A DNA stretch of 63,897 nucleotides, counting the filler, from Reticulomyxa filosa (lineage: Eukaryota > Protista > Foraminifera), in NCBI GenBank assembly GCA_000512085.1. It is 21 parts of 21 records of this genome, joined end to end, with 100 filler letters (N's around TTAATTAATTAA, not from the genome) between each part and the next. Parts side by side here need not be neighbours in the genome. Positions count along the whole stretch, not along the records: positions 61,592 to 63,897 come from ASPP01029383.1; 20 more parts are not named here. The stretch is one strand, 5' to 3'. The notes under the pieces are model-generated. The model was not told the origin of the DNA. It searched no databases and saw only the letters and a program-made list of their open reading frames with translations. Shown piece after piece: positions 63,826 to 63,897 of this stretch. The position numbers and the translations under genes were made by a program. The number at the start of each line of letters is the position of its first letter. Position 1 is the first letter of the stretch.

Positions 63826-63897
63826 GTTTTCAAAAGTGACATAAAATGGAGTTTTCTCGCAAATGGAAAGGAGTTATTGAGTCGCGATAACGCGGAC

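Overview
This window is not one locus. It is 21 unrelated assembly contigs joined by an artificial 100-bp spacer (N44-TTAATTAATTAA-N44), so adjacency across spacers has no biological meaning. Twenty contigs are AT-rich eukaryotic DNA with GT-AG introns full of T-runs, A-runs and TA/CA microsatellites. Intron style and recurring gene families suggest a foraminiferan, most likely Reticulomyxa filosa (inferred from remembered family motifs, not searched). Recognisable genes: a divergent kinesin, an EngB/YihA GTPase, a FEX/CrcB fluoride channel, a MATE transporter, a SMYD-type SET protein, an ARF GTPase, a RING E3 with an unrecognised duplicated domain, a possible Bub2/Cdc16 GAP, the C-terminal half of an RNF213-like giant E3, a TEY MAP kinase, TRAP1, a RhoGAP, an FN3 protein, a Tem1/Spg1 GTPase, cysteine dioxygenase and a toxin-type (R-S-E clan) ADP-ribosyltransferase-domain protein. 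There are also decayed copies of actin, HSP60, WD40, NACHT and RNF213 AAA+ genes, plus Tc1 and LINE relics. One contig (25257-26680) is GC-rich, intronless and bacterial-looking. The most interesting signals are the immune-like modules (RNF213-like E3 with an altered RZ finger, ExE ADP-ribosyltransferase, NACHT, TRAF-like RING, possible caspase-like domain), several enzymes with swapped catalytic residues, and the bacterial ORF. Many frameshifts fall in homopolymers and may be sequencing errors. Exon boundaries are approximate.
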